From positions 1 through 34,024 of IMG/VR virus record IMGVR_UViG_3300043391_000122: a DNA stretch of 34,024 nucleotides, one strand, 5' to 3'. Below, piece by piece: positions 24,762 through 32,956 of the stretch. The DNA is from a virus. Lineage: Duplodnaviria > Caudoviricetes. The position numbers and the translations under genes are program-made. Every line of letters begins with the position of its first letter. Position 1 is the stretch's first letter. A model generated the notes under the pieces. It was not told where the DNA came from. It worked only from the letters and a program-made list of their open reading frames with translations, and did not search any database.

Positions 24762-25391
24762 TTAAATTAATTGATCTAAATTTTTATCGTCTTTAATTGC
24801 CTGTAAAATAAACAATTTCCAAATCTTATTCTTTGTCTTGGCGCCAACTGTTGACTCTTCAACGTACCTGGTTGTCAACCGCAATTCCTTACGAACGTCG
24901 CTTTCTATTTCTTCAACGTTAAACTCCCAAGGTTTTAAAATTCCTTTTTCTTGTAATCTGTTAAACCAATATATACCCCAATCGGAAAGGTGCTTGCAAT
25001 TTCCAGTTTCTTTGGCTTCCTGGTAATTGTCTCGAAAGGTTTGCTTTCCAACCTCAATCCAGTAGGCAATTTCTTCGTTGGTTGGCTCTTTTTCTTTGTT
25101 GTTTAAAGCTTGCACCTCTTGAACGATTTGGCTTTGGTGGTGCGCGTAATATTGATTAATCCAAACGCTTACCGTCTTTTCGTTGACGTGGTAAAAATCG
25201 CCGTACTGGCCACGCATTCCAGCATGGAGAATGTAATTAACTCGGTCCTCTGTCATCCAGCCATAAGAGCCAAATAATTTGCTTAGGCATCCAAGTAATT
25301 CGTTGGCCTCTTCTTTTTTGTATTCCTTAAATTGTTTAAGGCCACAAACAAACTCCATTTTTCTTAGGTGCGTTAAAATTATCTCATCCAT
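24762..25391 (-). CDS. Hypothetical protein in helicase-loader position
   Basis: Overlaps the 3' end of the initiator gene. No ATPase motif was seen. Confidence 0.7.
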   Translation of the reverse strand: MDEIILTHLRKMEFVCGLKQFKEYKKEEANELLGCLSKLFGSYGWMTEDRVNYILHAGMRGQYGDFYHVNEKTVSVWINQYYAHHQSQIVQEVQALNNKEKEPTNEEIAYWIEVGKQTFRDNYQEAKETGNCKHLSDWGIYWFNRLQEKGILKPWEFNVEEIESDVRKELRLTTRYVEESTVGAKTKNKIWKLFILQAIKDDKNLDQLI

Positions 25392-26136
25392 TTTTTAAAA
25401 GTTTTTGTTTTTGTAAATCCTCATAAATTTCGTCAAAGACGTTTTTTGCTTTGCTTTCTTTTTTCGGTACTGGGTTGCCTCTTTTAACCCAATTAAAAAA
25501 ATGCTCTTTGGCAAGCTTTTCGTTTTCTTTGAAATCAGCTTTCAAAATACATTCTTGGCGAAAGGTATTTAAATGGTCTTGAACTTCTTTTAAATCTGCC
25601 TTCCAAGTTATTGCTAATCCTTCAAGCCAAATCTTATTATTCCATAATTGACGAAAAATTGCATTATGTGAATCCTCATTTACTTTACTTTCTTTTTCTT
25701 TAATTTCTTTTATTTCTTTTCCTTTACTTTCTTTTAATTGCATTGCATTCGCATTGCCATCGCTATGCGTTCGCATTGCGTTCGCATCAATGTCCCTATT
25801 CCAACGTTTTTTGGCTGATTCTCTAGCCTTTTCGGAACGCTCTTCTTTTAATTCCATGCGTTTTATTAGGCTTTCTGACCAAAAATATTGCTGGTCAGTC
25901 TCGAATAAATCAAACTCATTAATTAACCTTTTTATGCAATCCTCATGCGTTTGCAATGCGAACGCAATGCCTTTGTAATGCGTTCGCATACGAAAGTCGC
26001 TTTCGTTCCGTAGCATTTCAATTATGGCCCAAAAAAGACCGTAACCCTCCCAACCCATTTCCATGCGTAATTGCAAAATCTTTGGATCGTCCCTGGCGTT
26101 TGAATCATGCGAAAAGTAATAAGCCTCTTTTTTCAT
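25384..26136 (-). CDS. Putative replication initiator (DUF4373 / Lin1244-like N-terminal domain)
   Basis: YYFSHDSNARDDPK...GWEGYGLFWAIIE.L and SEKARESAKKRW, with internal DNA repeats. Start taken at ATG 26136. Confidence 0.78.
   Translation of the reverse strand: MKKEAYYFSHDSNARDDPKILQLRMEMGWEGYGLFWAIIEMLRNESDFRMRTHYKGIAFALQTHEDCIKRLINEFDLFETDQQYFWSESLIKRMELKEERSEKARESAKKRWNRDIDANAMRTHSDGNANAMQLKESKGKEIKEIKEKESKVNEDSHNAIFRQLWNNKIWLEGLAITWKADLKEVQDHLNTFRQECILKADFKENEKLAKEHFFNWVKRGNPVPKKESKAKNVFDEIYEDLQKQKLLKNG
25680..25990. repeat. Iteron-like repeats plus purine-skewed AT-rich tract (putative origin)
   Basis: ATGCGAACGCA and close variants occur several times in both orientations at ~25740-25790 and ~25934-25990. 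Confidence 0.62.
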
Positions 26137-26140
26137 AGTC

Positions 26141-26232
26141 AATAAAAAAGCCCAACAGGTAGGAGTCTGTCGGGCTAGGTTTAGTAAACCTTTATAAAAT
26201 CATTTTTGGCTCCTACCTCAAAAATAATTCGA
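26141..26232 (-). promoter_or_regulatory. Structured leader / attenuator of replication initiator
   Basis: Three hairpins. The last is a terminator whose loop is complementary to the loop of the first. Confidence 0.72.
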
Positions 26233-26236
26233 TACA

Positions 26237-26244
26237 CAAATATA
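26237..26244 (-). promoter_or_regulatory. -7 promoter element of replication operon
   Basis: TATATTTG immediately upstream of the leader hairpins. Confidence 0.7.
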
Positions 26245-26256
26245 AATCTTTTTGAA

Positions 26257-26406
26257 TTATCCAACTAGGCAACGCTTCTTTAGTTGAAAATAAATGCAAC
26301 CGTATGAAAGTCCCATTTCTTGGGCAATGACTTTAATTTGCTTTCTGTCTTGCCAGGCTTCAAATATTAGCTCCTTTTGATATTCAGTTAAATTGCGCCC
26401 TCTCAT
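26257..26406 (-). CDS. Small HTH-like protein, 49 aa (not in ORF track)
   Basis: MRGRNLTEYQKELIFEAWQDRKQIKVIAQEMGLSYGCIYFQLKKRCLVG*. Confidence 0.7.
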   Translation of the reverse strand: MRGRNLTEYQKELIFEAWQDRKQIKVIAQEMGLSYGCIYFQLKKRCLVG

Positions 26407-26749
26407 GGTCATTTAAAATTTGTTCAACTGCATTTAGACAATCATGGAATAAAGCGCCTCCCATGTCTATCGAATTGTGCAAGCGTTCGAATAACGTAAC
26501 AAACTCGTGGAATTGCTTTATTGTTTCCTGTCCACGGTCGTAATTCTCCAAAAACCTAAACGCTTCTGTCGACTTTCTTTGGAGCGCGTTAATCATGTTT
26601 TTATGTTTGGTCTTTAGATCATTGTCAAAAGATTTTAACATTGTCACGTCTTCGTAGTAATCCAACATGATTTCTTGTAGCGCTAAATAAACCAGGTACT
26701 TTTGAGTTGCCCGATGGTTTAACTCTTCTATAATTTCCTCGCGTGTCAT
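26384..26749 (-). CDS. Hypothetical protein
   Basis: ATG ORF coupled to its neighbours. Confidence 0.75.
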   Translation of the reverse strand: MTREEIIEELNHRATQKYLVYLALQEIMLDYYEDVTMLKSFDNDLKTKHKNMINALQRKSTEAFRFLENYDRGQETIKQFHEFVTLFERLHNSIDMGGALFHDCLNAVEQILNDHERAQFN

Positions 26750-26955
26750 CGTTTTATAAAGTATCGTGCAACTCGTTTACCATTTTCTAAAGTAACCATG
26801 TCGGTTTGGACGTTTAAACCTTTGTCTCTGAGGTTTGCAATCCTGGCGGCAAGCCTAAAGCATCCAAACTGGGTCAATGCCTCCAGCTGCGTTATGGAAT
26901 AGCCATTTAAAAGCCATCCCTTAATCAGCGCGTTTTGAGAGTCGGTCGATTCCAT
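26746..26955 (-). CDS. Winged HTH protein (HTH_39-like)
   Basis: SITQLEAL..FGCFRLAARI.NLR.KG motif. Confidence 0.8.
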   Translation of the reverse strand: MESTDSQNALIKGWLLNGYSITQLEALTQFGCFRLAARIANLRDKGLNVQTDMVTLENGKRVARYFIKR

Positions 26956-27242
26956 TATTGTATAAGATTAGAAATTTTTAAAACTGCGTCGGTATATACT
27001 TTTCTAAATTCCGATTCTGTGATTGGCTCCAATTCATTTTTTGCCCAAAAATCCGAATGCCATCTAACTTGGTCAACTTTTATATAAGCGTAACTAAGCA
27101 AGTCAGATAAGTAAAAAGGATTAACAACAAGCACGTCCGTTTCATTAATAATCATGTAATGCAAATGGACGATTTTAAAGTACCTGGGGACTTCCATGTG
27201 TAACTCGAGTACTTTGGTCGTTTTAATTAAATAATTTTCCAT
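26955..27242 (-). CDS. Hypothetical protein
   Basis: ATG ORF with an AAACCAAACTCCT leader. Confidence 0.7.
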   Translation of the reverse strand: MENYLIKTTKVLELHMEVPRYFKIVHLHYMIINETDVLVVNPFYLSDLLSYAYIKVDQVRWHSDFWAKNELEPITESEFRKVYTDAVLKISNLIQ

Positions 27243-27262
27243 AGGAGTTTGGTTTTAGGTGT

Positions 27263-27364
27263 TTACAATAATTTTAATCCGAGCATATAACCCAGCGCGA
27301 ATATTGGCGACAAAGCCAGGACCGTGTAAATGATTTTTCCGATTACTTTAAGTGCTTTTTTCAT
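27263..27364 (-). CDS. Small membrane peptide, 33 aa (not in ORF track)
   Basis: MKKALKVIGKIIYTVLALSPIFALGYMLGLKLL*, with an AAACAAACACCA leader. Confidence 0.65.
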   Translation of the reverse strand: MKKALKVIGKIIYTVLALSPIFALGYMLGLKLL

Positions 27365-27421
27365 TGGTGTTTGTTTAAATGTTTAACAAATATTAAAAGA
27401 ATCTTAGGAATAAAAAAGAAA

Positions 27422-27754
27422 TTATACTTTTTTCTCAATCATGTTTCTAGCCTCAGCTACATCCAGCAGCTTTTTAACCTTGCGAAATTCCAAGTTTTGA
27501 TCCTCTGCTATTTCTCGGCAATCGTAGCCGTATGTTGCCAAAGTTAAAATCCTACTAATTTGATGGTCGGTCAGGATTTGGAAAATGTTTTCGTCCATTA
27601 GCTTTCTAGGGTAAAGCTCGTGCAACTTCATTTTAGTGTAGAGCAAATACCCAACTTTTTGGTCGTCTAGTCCAAGGGCCTTTGCAATTTTCTTGCGCGT
27701 TAAGCCTTCAAGGTAAAGCGTTTTAATTTGTTGCATTATCGCATCAAGTTCCAT
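27422..27754 (-). CDS. Tandem HTH-like protein
   Basis: LYLEGLTRKKIAKALG and LATYGYDCREIAE repeats. Confidence 0.68.
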   Translation of the reverse strand: MELDAIMQQIKTLYLEGLTRKKIAKALGLDDQKVGYLLYTKMKLHELYPRKLMDENIFQILTDHQISRILTLATYGYDCREIAEDQNLEFRKVKKLLDVAEARNMIEKKV

Positions 27755-27873
27755 AGTCTTTCAAAGGTTTCGTTAAAGCTTAATTTTTCTTCGTTGTAGG
27801 TGGAGGCGACGCCTTTGGGCGCTAGGTCCCCGGGGCGTTTAATAAATTTGCCTAAATACAGATAGTTTTTCAT
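27736..27873 (-). CDS. Small hypothetical protein, 45 aa (not in ORF track)
   Basis: MKNYLYLGKFIKRPGDLAPKGVASTYNEEKLSFNETFERLWNLMR*, with an ATGA overlap upstream. Confidence 0.6.
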   Translation of the reverse strand: MKNYLYLGKFIKRPGDLAPKGVASTYNEEKLSFNETFERLWNLMR

Positions 27874-28007
27874 TTGATTTTTATTATTGCTTGTCTTATT
27901 AAATCCGAGCGTTTAACATTTAATTTTTTACTTTTTTCCTCTAAAGAATTAAATAATTCTAAAGGCAATCTAAAAGAAATCCATTTGGTGTTTTTAGTAT
28001 CTTTCAT
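27870..28007 (-). CDS. Ribbon-helix-helix (CopG-like) protein, 45 aa (not in ORF track)
   Basis: MKDTKNTKWISFRLPLELFNSLEEKSKKLNVKRSDLIRQAIIKIK*, with the ISFRLP...RSDLIRQAI RHH pattern. Confidence 0.75.
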   Translation of the reverse strand: MKDTKNTKWISFRLPLELFNSLEEKSKKLNVKRSDLIRQAIIKIK

Positions 28008-28486
28008 TTTATTTGAAGGTTAAAGTTTTCGATTATTCTTGCGCCAGTAATATTTTCGCCACGCTTTATGGCTTCTTTGATTGCGACCTTGTCAGCAGTA
28101 ACCACGTTTTTAATGTTGACAAACTGGCTAGGTAATGCCTCCACAATGTCGACCTCTACGGACTCGCTACGGCGCAATGAAAGCTTGAATAAAGGACTTT
28201 CTATTTTGTCGATAGCACTTACAAGCATTGCCTCCCTAACTGCGTCCTTAAGCCTTGTAATGGCTTTCTCCTTACTGTCCTTCATTGCCTTTAAACGCTT
28301 TATTTCTTGGTCGATTGCATCGCTATCGCTTTGAATGTTTGCAATTACCTTGGCGTAATTATTAACCTTTACCTCCATCTTTTCTTGGTTAATTACCAGC
28401 ATTGCCTCCAACTCAGGAGTAAACTCTTCGGTTTCAAGTAGGGAGGCTAACTCTAGCGTCTCCCTTGTTATTTCGTATAAGTTCAT
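28004..28486 (-). CDS. Siphovirus Gp157 family protein
   Basis: MNLYEI...EIKRL...DKVAIKEAIKRGENITGA, adjacent to the SSAP gene. Confidence 0.85.
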   Translation of the reverse strand: MNLYEITRETLELASLLETEEFTPELEAMLVINQEKMEVKVNNYAKVIANIQSDSDAIDQEIKRLKAMKDSKEKAITRLKDAVREAMLVSAIDKIESPLFKLSLRRSESVEVDIVEALPSQFVNIKNVVTADKVAIKEAIKRGENITGARIIENFNLQIK

Positions 28487-29028
28487 AGTAATCCGTCTAA
28501 GGTGTCTTTTTGATCCTGTGTTAAAGTATATTTATTTAAAGCCTCTTTGGCTTGCTTTTGCTGGGCGTCCGTTCCGTTTAAATATTTGACTATGTAGGCA
28601 AATTGCTCGTCGGTTGGCTTTGGCTTTACAACCGTTGCAACCTTTGGCGCGTGGTCATTTGTCGAGTCGGGGTCCTTTGTGTCGTCAATTAAAAACAAAC
28701 CATTAAGCGCGTATTTACGGGCATAGCTAGACGATGATCCAAACGACTGGGCCACGTCCATACCTTTGCGGTTAATGTCAATGCCAGCCTGGGCCGTCAC
28801 GGCTCGGCCTTCCATGTCCTTTTGAATGCTGGCGGTTGACTGAATAAAAACAATGTCGCTAACCTCTTTAACCTCGTCCTCAATTATTAACGTGCATTCG
28901 TATTTTAAAAGCAACGGTTTGACTGCCTCAAGTATATCCTCGACTGACCGATACTTGTATTTGCCATATGCGTTGTACTGGTTTTTTGGAGCTTTCAACT
29001 CCGCTTGAATTAAAATTAATTCTTTCAT
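28483..29028 (-). CDS. ERF-family single-strand annealing recombinase
   Basis: IQAELKAPK..N.YGKYKYRSVEDILEAVKP and QSFGSSSSYARKYALNGLF.IDD. Start taken at ATG 29028. Confidence 0.9.
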   Translation of the reverse strand: MKELILIQAELKAPKNQYNAYGKYKYRSVEDILEAVKPLLLKYECTLIIEDEVKEVSDIVFIQSTASIQKDMEGRAVTAQAGIDINRKGMDVAQSFGSSSSYARKYALNGLFLIDDTKDPDSTNDHAPKVATVVKPKPTDEQFAYIVKYLNGTDAQQKQAKEALNKYTLTQDQKDTLDGLL

Positions 29029-29041
29029 AGGTGTTTGTTGT

Positions 29042-29308
29042 TTAAAGGTTGCGTTCAATTTCTATTTCTAATTCTAGCAAAATGCTAGGCGTTGGGATTA
29101 CGTCAATTACATCGTCGGTCGCCTCATCGTAATAAGATAGGCTATTCGTGTGCTGAATTTGAATTTCTGTTTCGCCGTATGCTGGCGCCCATTCGCTTTC
29201 GTCTTCGCCGCAGTTGGTAACGATGTAATCGCCTTGCCAAACGTACTCATGGCCCTCGTAAATGAAATTTACTTCTTTGTCGTAATGTGTTTCTGATTCG
29301 TAATTCAT
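29042..29308 (-). CDS. Small, very acidic hypothetical protein
   Basis: First gene of the leftward early operon, strongly D/E-rich. Confidence 0.75.
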   Translation of the reverse strand: MNYESETHYDKEVNFIYEGHEYVWQGDYIVTNCGEDESEWAPAYGETEIQIQHTNSLSYYDEATDDVIDVIPTPSILLELEIEIERNL

Positions 29309-29437
29309 ATGGGTTTGGTTTAAATGAATACCCGAAATTATTATTTATTTCTATGATTCAAAACAATTTCTAAAAATATTTTAATCAAAACGCAATCTTT
29401 TGTTTTAGTCTTAATTTTTATGCTTTTATCTTGCGTC

Positions 29438-29764
29438 ATGAATGAGGACCAAATAATAAATCCGTTTGGCTACGGCATAGCATCTAAGGTGCTAGACGAA
29501 AACCGAAAGCCTGTCGATTGGTGGATGCAATACTTGGAGTTTAACCAGGCGGTCGAGGAAAACGAATTTTACGTTTTGTTTGCCGATGGTTTGCTAGTCA
29601 AAAAAGGACGATCTAAATATAAAAGCAGCCAATACACCTTTGGCGACCAGTACAAATCATTTAAGCAATATTATGACGAAAAAAAGACTTTTAAAAATGA
29701 CACCAACGCTGGTTGGTATTTTATTGCTCATCGCATTATTGATGAAAATTTGCCTGTAAAGTAA
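29438..29764 (+). CDS. Hypothetical protein (divergently transcribed)
   Basis: Start taken at ATG 29438 (MNEDQIINPFGYG), just after a TTATCTTG promoter-like element. Confidence 0.7.
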   Translation: MNEDQIINPFGYGIASKVLDENRKPVDWWMQYLEFNQAVEENEFYVLFADGLLVKKGRSKYKSSQYTFGDQYKSFKQYYDEKKTFKNDTNAGWYFIAHRIIDENLPVK

Positions 29765-29845
29765 ACCACTCTTTACAAAAAGGCCATTAAATGTCTAATA
29801 TATTGCACATTATTAAAGTTTTTAGGACTTAATGTATGAAAAATC

Positions 29846-30043
29846 ATGCCTGATATCACAATGTGCCCAGGGACAAATTGTCCCCACAAAGAAAGTTGCT
29901 ACCGATTTACTGCAAGGCCTAGCGAGTATATGCAATCCTATTTTATTAATTCACCAATTAAGGACGGCAAATGTGAAATGTACTGGAAAGAAAATGCGCA
30001 AAGCGTTTGGGATCAGCTTAAAGAAATCGTGAAACCTAAATAG
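29846..30043 (+). CDS. Small Cys-rich hypothetical protein (copy B)
   Basis: Homologue of 144-341. Confidence 0.8.
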   Translation: MPDITMCPGTNCPHKESCYRFTARPSEYMQSYFINSPIKDGKCEMYWKENAQSVWDQLKEIVKPK

Positions 30044-30229
30044 GGCGAATCTGCCACAATTAGGAAAAATTCATGCATTTATACCGTGCCAAATGTGGCC
30101 AAAATGTCGACGGTTGGTCCCAAATATTGTCGATTTTTGTTACGAATTTATGTAAAAAGGTAACAAGCAATTCGAAATTTTACCGAATAGAAACCTATAA
30201 GTTCACAAATTGGGAACTTTTATAAACCT
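30044..30229. repeat. Array of abutting imperfect palindromes (copy B, one extra 23-bp unit)
   Basis: 186 bp versus 163 bp in copy A. The extra sequence is GGTCCCAAATATTGTCGATTTTT at ~30116-30138. Confidence 0.65.
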
Positions 30230-30778
30230 TTAGAATATTTTTTTATTAACACTAAGTGTATGTAATTTTTCCAAAGGCTGGTATTGGTAGCTAAACAAAT
30301 ACTTGTTGTCCAAATAGGAAACTTTTGCGCCTGGTTGTAACAAAGAGTTAACCGATGCTCCCAAATAAATTCCTTTAGGCTTTTGTACAATTGTCTTGGT
30401 TTCGGTGTTTGTTATTGTATTCGTAACGACTGGTATTTTAAAATCGCTTGTTGCGGTCATTTTTAGCACCTCTCCAAGGACTTCGCCGCTTACGTTGGTA
30501 CTTCCATACTCAAAAGGAAAGGACGCGTTAAACTGGCTAATTTGTGGCTTAAAATCAATTAGTACTGTATCCCTTAAAACCTCTGTTTTTATTTTTGTTT
30601 TAGGGACGTAAACCGTGTCCTTTACCTCGACAATCAAAGTGTCCGTTTTTGTCACGGTTTCAAACTTGTAAACGGTTTCGCTTTCAGTCTTTGGAAAAAA
30701 TATGTAGGCAACAAGTATTCCAGCAAAAAAGGCTAAGGTTGCTATTTTTATTTTTTGGTTGTCGTTAGAGAAATTCAT
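30230..30778 (-). CDS. Membrane-anchored lysis-region protein (copy B)
   Basis: Homologue of 505-1053. Confidence 0.65.
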   Translation of the reverse strand: MNFSNDNQKIKIATLAFFAGILVAYIFFPKTESETVYKFETVTKTDTLIVEVKDTVYVPKTKIKTEVLRDTVLIDFKPQISQFNASFPFEYGSTNVSGEVLGEVLKMTATSDFKIPVVTNTITNTETKTIVQKPKGIYLGASVNSLLQPGAKVSYLDNKYLFSYQYQPLEKLHTLSVNKKIF

Positions 30779-30996
30779 TGCTCAATAAATAAATTGTCTT
30801 GCTCTAGTATTTTGCGTAACTCATCTCGGCAATACTTATAAGCCTGGTAAGTATCGTCCGATAACTCTTTGTACTTCATTTCAGACCTTAGCAACTGGTC
30901 AAAATCCCAAATGGCGCTCTTATAGTTATGGCCATTTATCGCCGCTTGAAAATCGTCGTTTTCCTCGGGTAAATAATATTCAAGTATTGCTTTCAT
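30775..30996 (-). CDS. Hypothetical protein (copy B)
   Basis: Homologue of 1193-1414. Confidence 0.8.
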   Translation of the reverse strand: MKAILEYYLPEENDDFQAAINGHNYKSAIWDFDQLLRSEMKYKELSDDTYQAYKYCRDELRKILEQDNLFIEQ

Positions 30997-31874
30997 AACG
31001 GAAATTTACAACTGTCTACTAATAATTCCCAAGTGTCAATATTTTTGGCTCTAATTCTTCGAGCGTCTAAGGTCAAAATTCGACCGCCAGTTGGTTTAAT
31101 TGGTGCGCCACGTTCAACGTGCCAACCTCCAAAGCCGTCCTCGTATTCTTCTTTGTACGATCCAGTTATTGCAAGGTGAATTTGTTTCTGTATTAATTCA
31201 TGGTGATGCTTTCCTGGGTTGTATTGGACCGCATCCCTAGCATCGTTACGGCTTGAATTTTCGTGAATGTGACCCATTACAAAAACGTCCATGTTTTCAT
31301 ACATTTCTAGCGCTCTAGTCAAGTTAATGGCTCCCTTAGTAACTACACCACCGCCGCCGCTTCCATGAAAATATTTGAGCATTTTGGTCATAAAGGTATT
31401 TGTCTCAATTTGTTTTTTGATAACAAGCCAACCGCCATAACCTCCAGTATATACGCTAGTATTATTGTTGTAATTAAGCAAATCGACAAACCTTTGCAAT
31501 GGATCAGTTTCCAAATTTTTGATAATTGCGGTCTCGTGGTTGCCGTAGCCAATAACCGTAATTAAATGCGCGTAAGGTGTCCACCAATTTACGGCGTCCT
31601 CAATTACTGCGTCTATATAATTTGCTTTATTATGCTCAGGTAATACGTCCTTTTTGCTTCGCCTGGGGTCGTATTTCCCTTGCATGAGGCATAGGAAATC
31701 GCCCGCGATAAAGACGGGAATGGCTTGTTGTTTGCAGTAGTCCAAATGGCGCTTTAATTTCTCACGATCACATTTGGGATTGTCCCAATGTATATCCGAC
31801 AACAAGGCTATTTTGGACTCTGTTTGGCCGAGGCTTATTTGGTGCAAATTCCTCGAGATTTTTTTGATTTCCAT
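30993..31874 (-). CDS. Calcineurin-like metallophosphoesterase (variant B, different subfamily)
   Basis: SDIH, GD, GNHE, HG and GHIH motifs. Not alignable by eye with variant A outside the motifs. Confidence 0.88.
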   Translation of the reverse strand: MEIKKISRNLHQISLGQTESKIALLSDIHWDNPKCDREKLKRHLDYCKQQAIPVFIAGDFLCLMQGKYDPRRSKKDVLPEHNKANYIDAVIEDAVNWWTPYAHLITVIGYGNHETAIIKNLETDPLQRFVDLLNYNNNTSVYTGGYGGWLVIKKQIETNTFMTKMLKYFHGSGGGGVVTKGAINLTRALEMYENMDVFVMGHIHENSSRNDARDAVQYNPGKHHHELIQKQIHLAITGSYKEEYEDGFGGWHVERGAPIKPTGGRILTLDARRIRAKNIDTWELLVDSCKFPL

Positions 31875-32335
31875 TAAATAGGAATGTAGGTTGTTTTGCC
31901 TCCCGACCGAACGGCCTTTAGCTTTTGCTTGCGGTTGCCTGTTTTAACAAATGAAACGTGTACCCAGTCAGGATTAAAATCTGTTCCAAATTCCCAGATT
32001 AGTTGATCAAAGTCAAGCTTGGTTTTTATAAAATCAAATACCATTCTGTTTGTGACCTCGCCGTTACTTCCATCCATGTCGATATCAATCGCTTGACCCT
32101 TACAATGTTGGCTTGACGAACTACCCTTAATGAAATCATTGAGAGCCTTGCTTCTGTAACCAGAGCTGATAAAAATAGGAACACCAAAATGTTGGCGAAT
32201 AGGTTCAAATACTTTATCTGCAAGAAGCTTGAAGTTCTCAAGATGCTCTGCGGTTGGGGTATTATCTATTCCATGTCTTTTGGCTGTATCACTTCTGGTG
32301 ATCTCCGCAAGATTAAGATGTGGACTGATTTTCAT
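31874..32335 (-). CDS. Endolysin, peptidase M15 family (copy B)
   Basis: Nearly identical to 2133-2594. Confidence 0.9.
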   Translation of the reverse strand: MKISPHLNLAEITRSDTAKRHGIDNTPTAEHLENFKLLADKVFEPIRQHFGVPIFISSGYRSKALNDFIKGSSSSQHCKGQAIDIDMDGSNGEVTNRMVFDFIKTKLDFDQLIWEFGTDFNPDWVHVSFVKTGNRKQKLKAVRSGGKTTYIPI

Positions 32336-32549
32336 TTTTGTCAGTTGGTTTTTTAAATATCTTTTCCGCTGCCGTTATACCTAAAGCGGCCGCACTTAAT
32401 GCAGCCACGGAATAAACAAGAGCGTCGTTAGGATTAAAATACAAAGTCCAACACAAGGCAATTGCAGTAAGTACACCAACAAGCCTTTTGCTCGATGCTT
32501 GCCCATGCTCGGATAAAAATCCTTTTGCCCATGTAAAAAACTTTCTCAT
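32313..32549 (-). CDS. Putative holin (copy B)
   Basis: One residue different from 2572-2808. Confidence 0.7.
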   Translation of the reverse strand: MRKFFTWAKGFLSEHGQASSKRLVGVLTAIALCWTLYFNPNDALVYSVAALSAAALGITAAEKIFKKPTDKNENQSTS

Positions 32550-32671
32550 CTGCCTTGCCCTCTGTAAGTTTTTGGTTTTTGTTGGCTCTTTGAATAAGCC
32601 TTTTTAGCTTTTCCGTTTCTACGCTTGCCAAAAGAGGTTGGCTTTAAATTTGAGTTACTCCCCTTTTTCAT
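32546..32671 (-). CDS. Small highly basic protein, 41 aa (copy B, not in ORF track)
   Basis: MKKGSNSNLKPTSFGKRRNGKAKKAYSKSQQKPKTYRGQGR*. Confidence 0.8.
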   Translation of the reverse strand: MKKGSNSNLKPTSFGKRRNGKAKKAYSKSQQKPKTYRGQGR

Positions 32672-32858
32672 TTTTTCGCTTTTCGAAAATTGCCTTTTCG
32701 TTTTTGATTTTAAACACCAGCCAAACGATTGAAAGTAAAGAAATGATTATTGTAAGGAAAATATTTACGTTCATAAGGTCGATTGCCTGAAAAACGTTGG
32801 CTAAAATAGCCGCAAATGTCGAGGGTAATCCTATTTCGTCCTTTTGGAAAATATTCAT
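32655..32858 (-). CDS. Small membrane protein (copy B)
   Basis: Start moved to ATG 32858 (MNIFQKDEIGLPSTF) to match 2920-3114. Confidence 0.65.
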   Translation of the reverse strand: MNIFQKDEIGLPSTFAAILANVFQAIDLMNVNIFLTIIISLLSIVWLVFKIKNEKAIFEKRKNEKGE

Positions 32859-32906
32859 TTCATTTAATTGCTTTTCGTTTATCAAAAATAAGTCATTTAT
32901 AAGGAA

Positions 32907-32932
32907 ATAAAAAAGGCCTATTTCTAGGCCTC
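32907..32932 (-). terminator. Rho-independent terminator (copy B)
   Basis: AGGCCTA-gaaa-TAGGCCT followed by a T-tract. Confidence 0.8.
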
Positions 32933-32956
32933 TAAATTGTCGGTGGTGGTTTACCA

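Noticed and set aside
3775-29308. Stop-codon reassignment
   Set aside because: Core genes are full length in the standard code and all three stop codons terminate genes.
29309-29437. Lysogeny switch or integrated prophage
   Set aside because: The promoter region is divergent, but there is no integrase, no CI-like repressor with a peptidase domain, no att site and no host flanks. The lifestyle cannot be fixed from this window.
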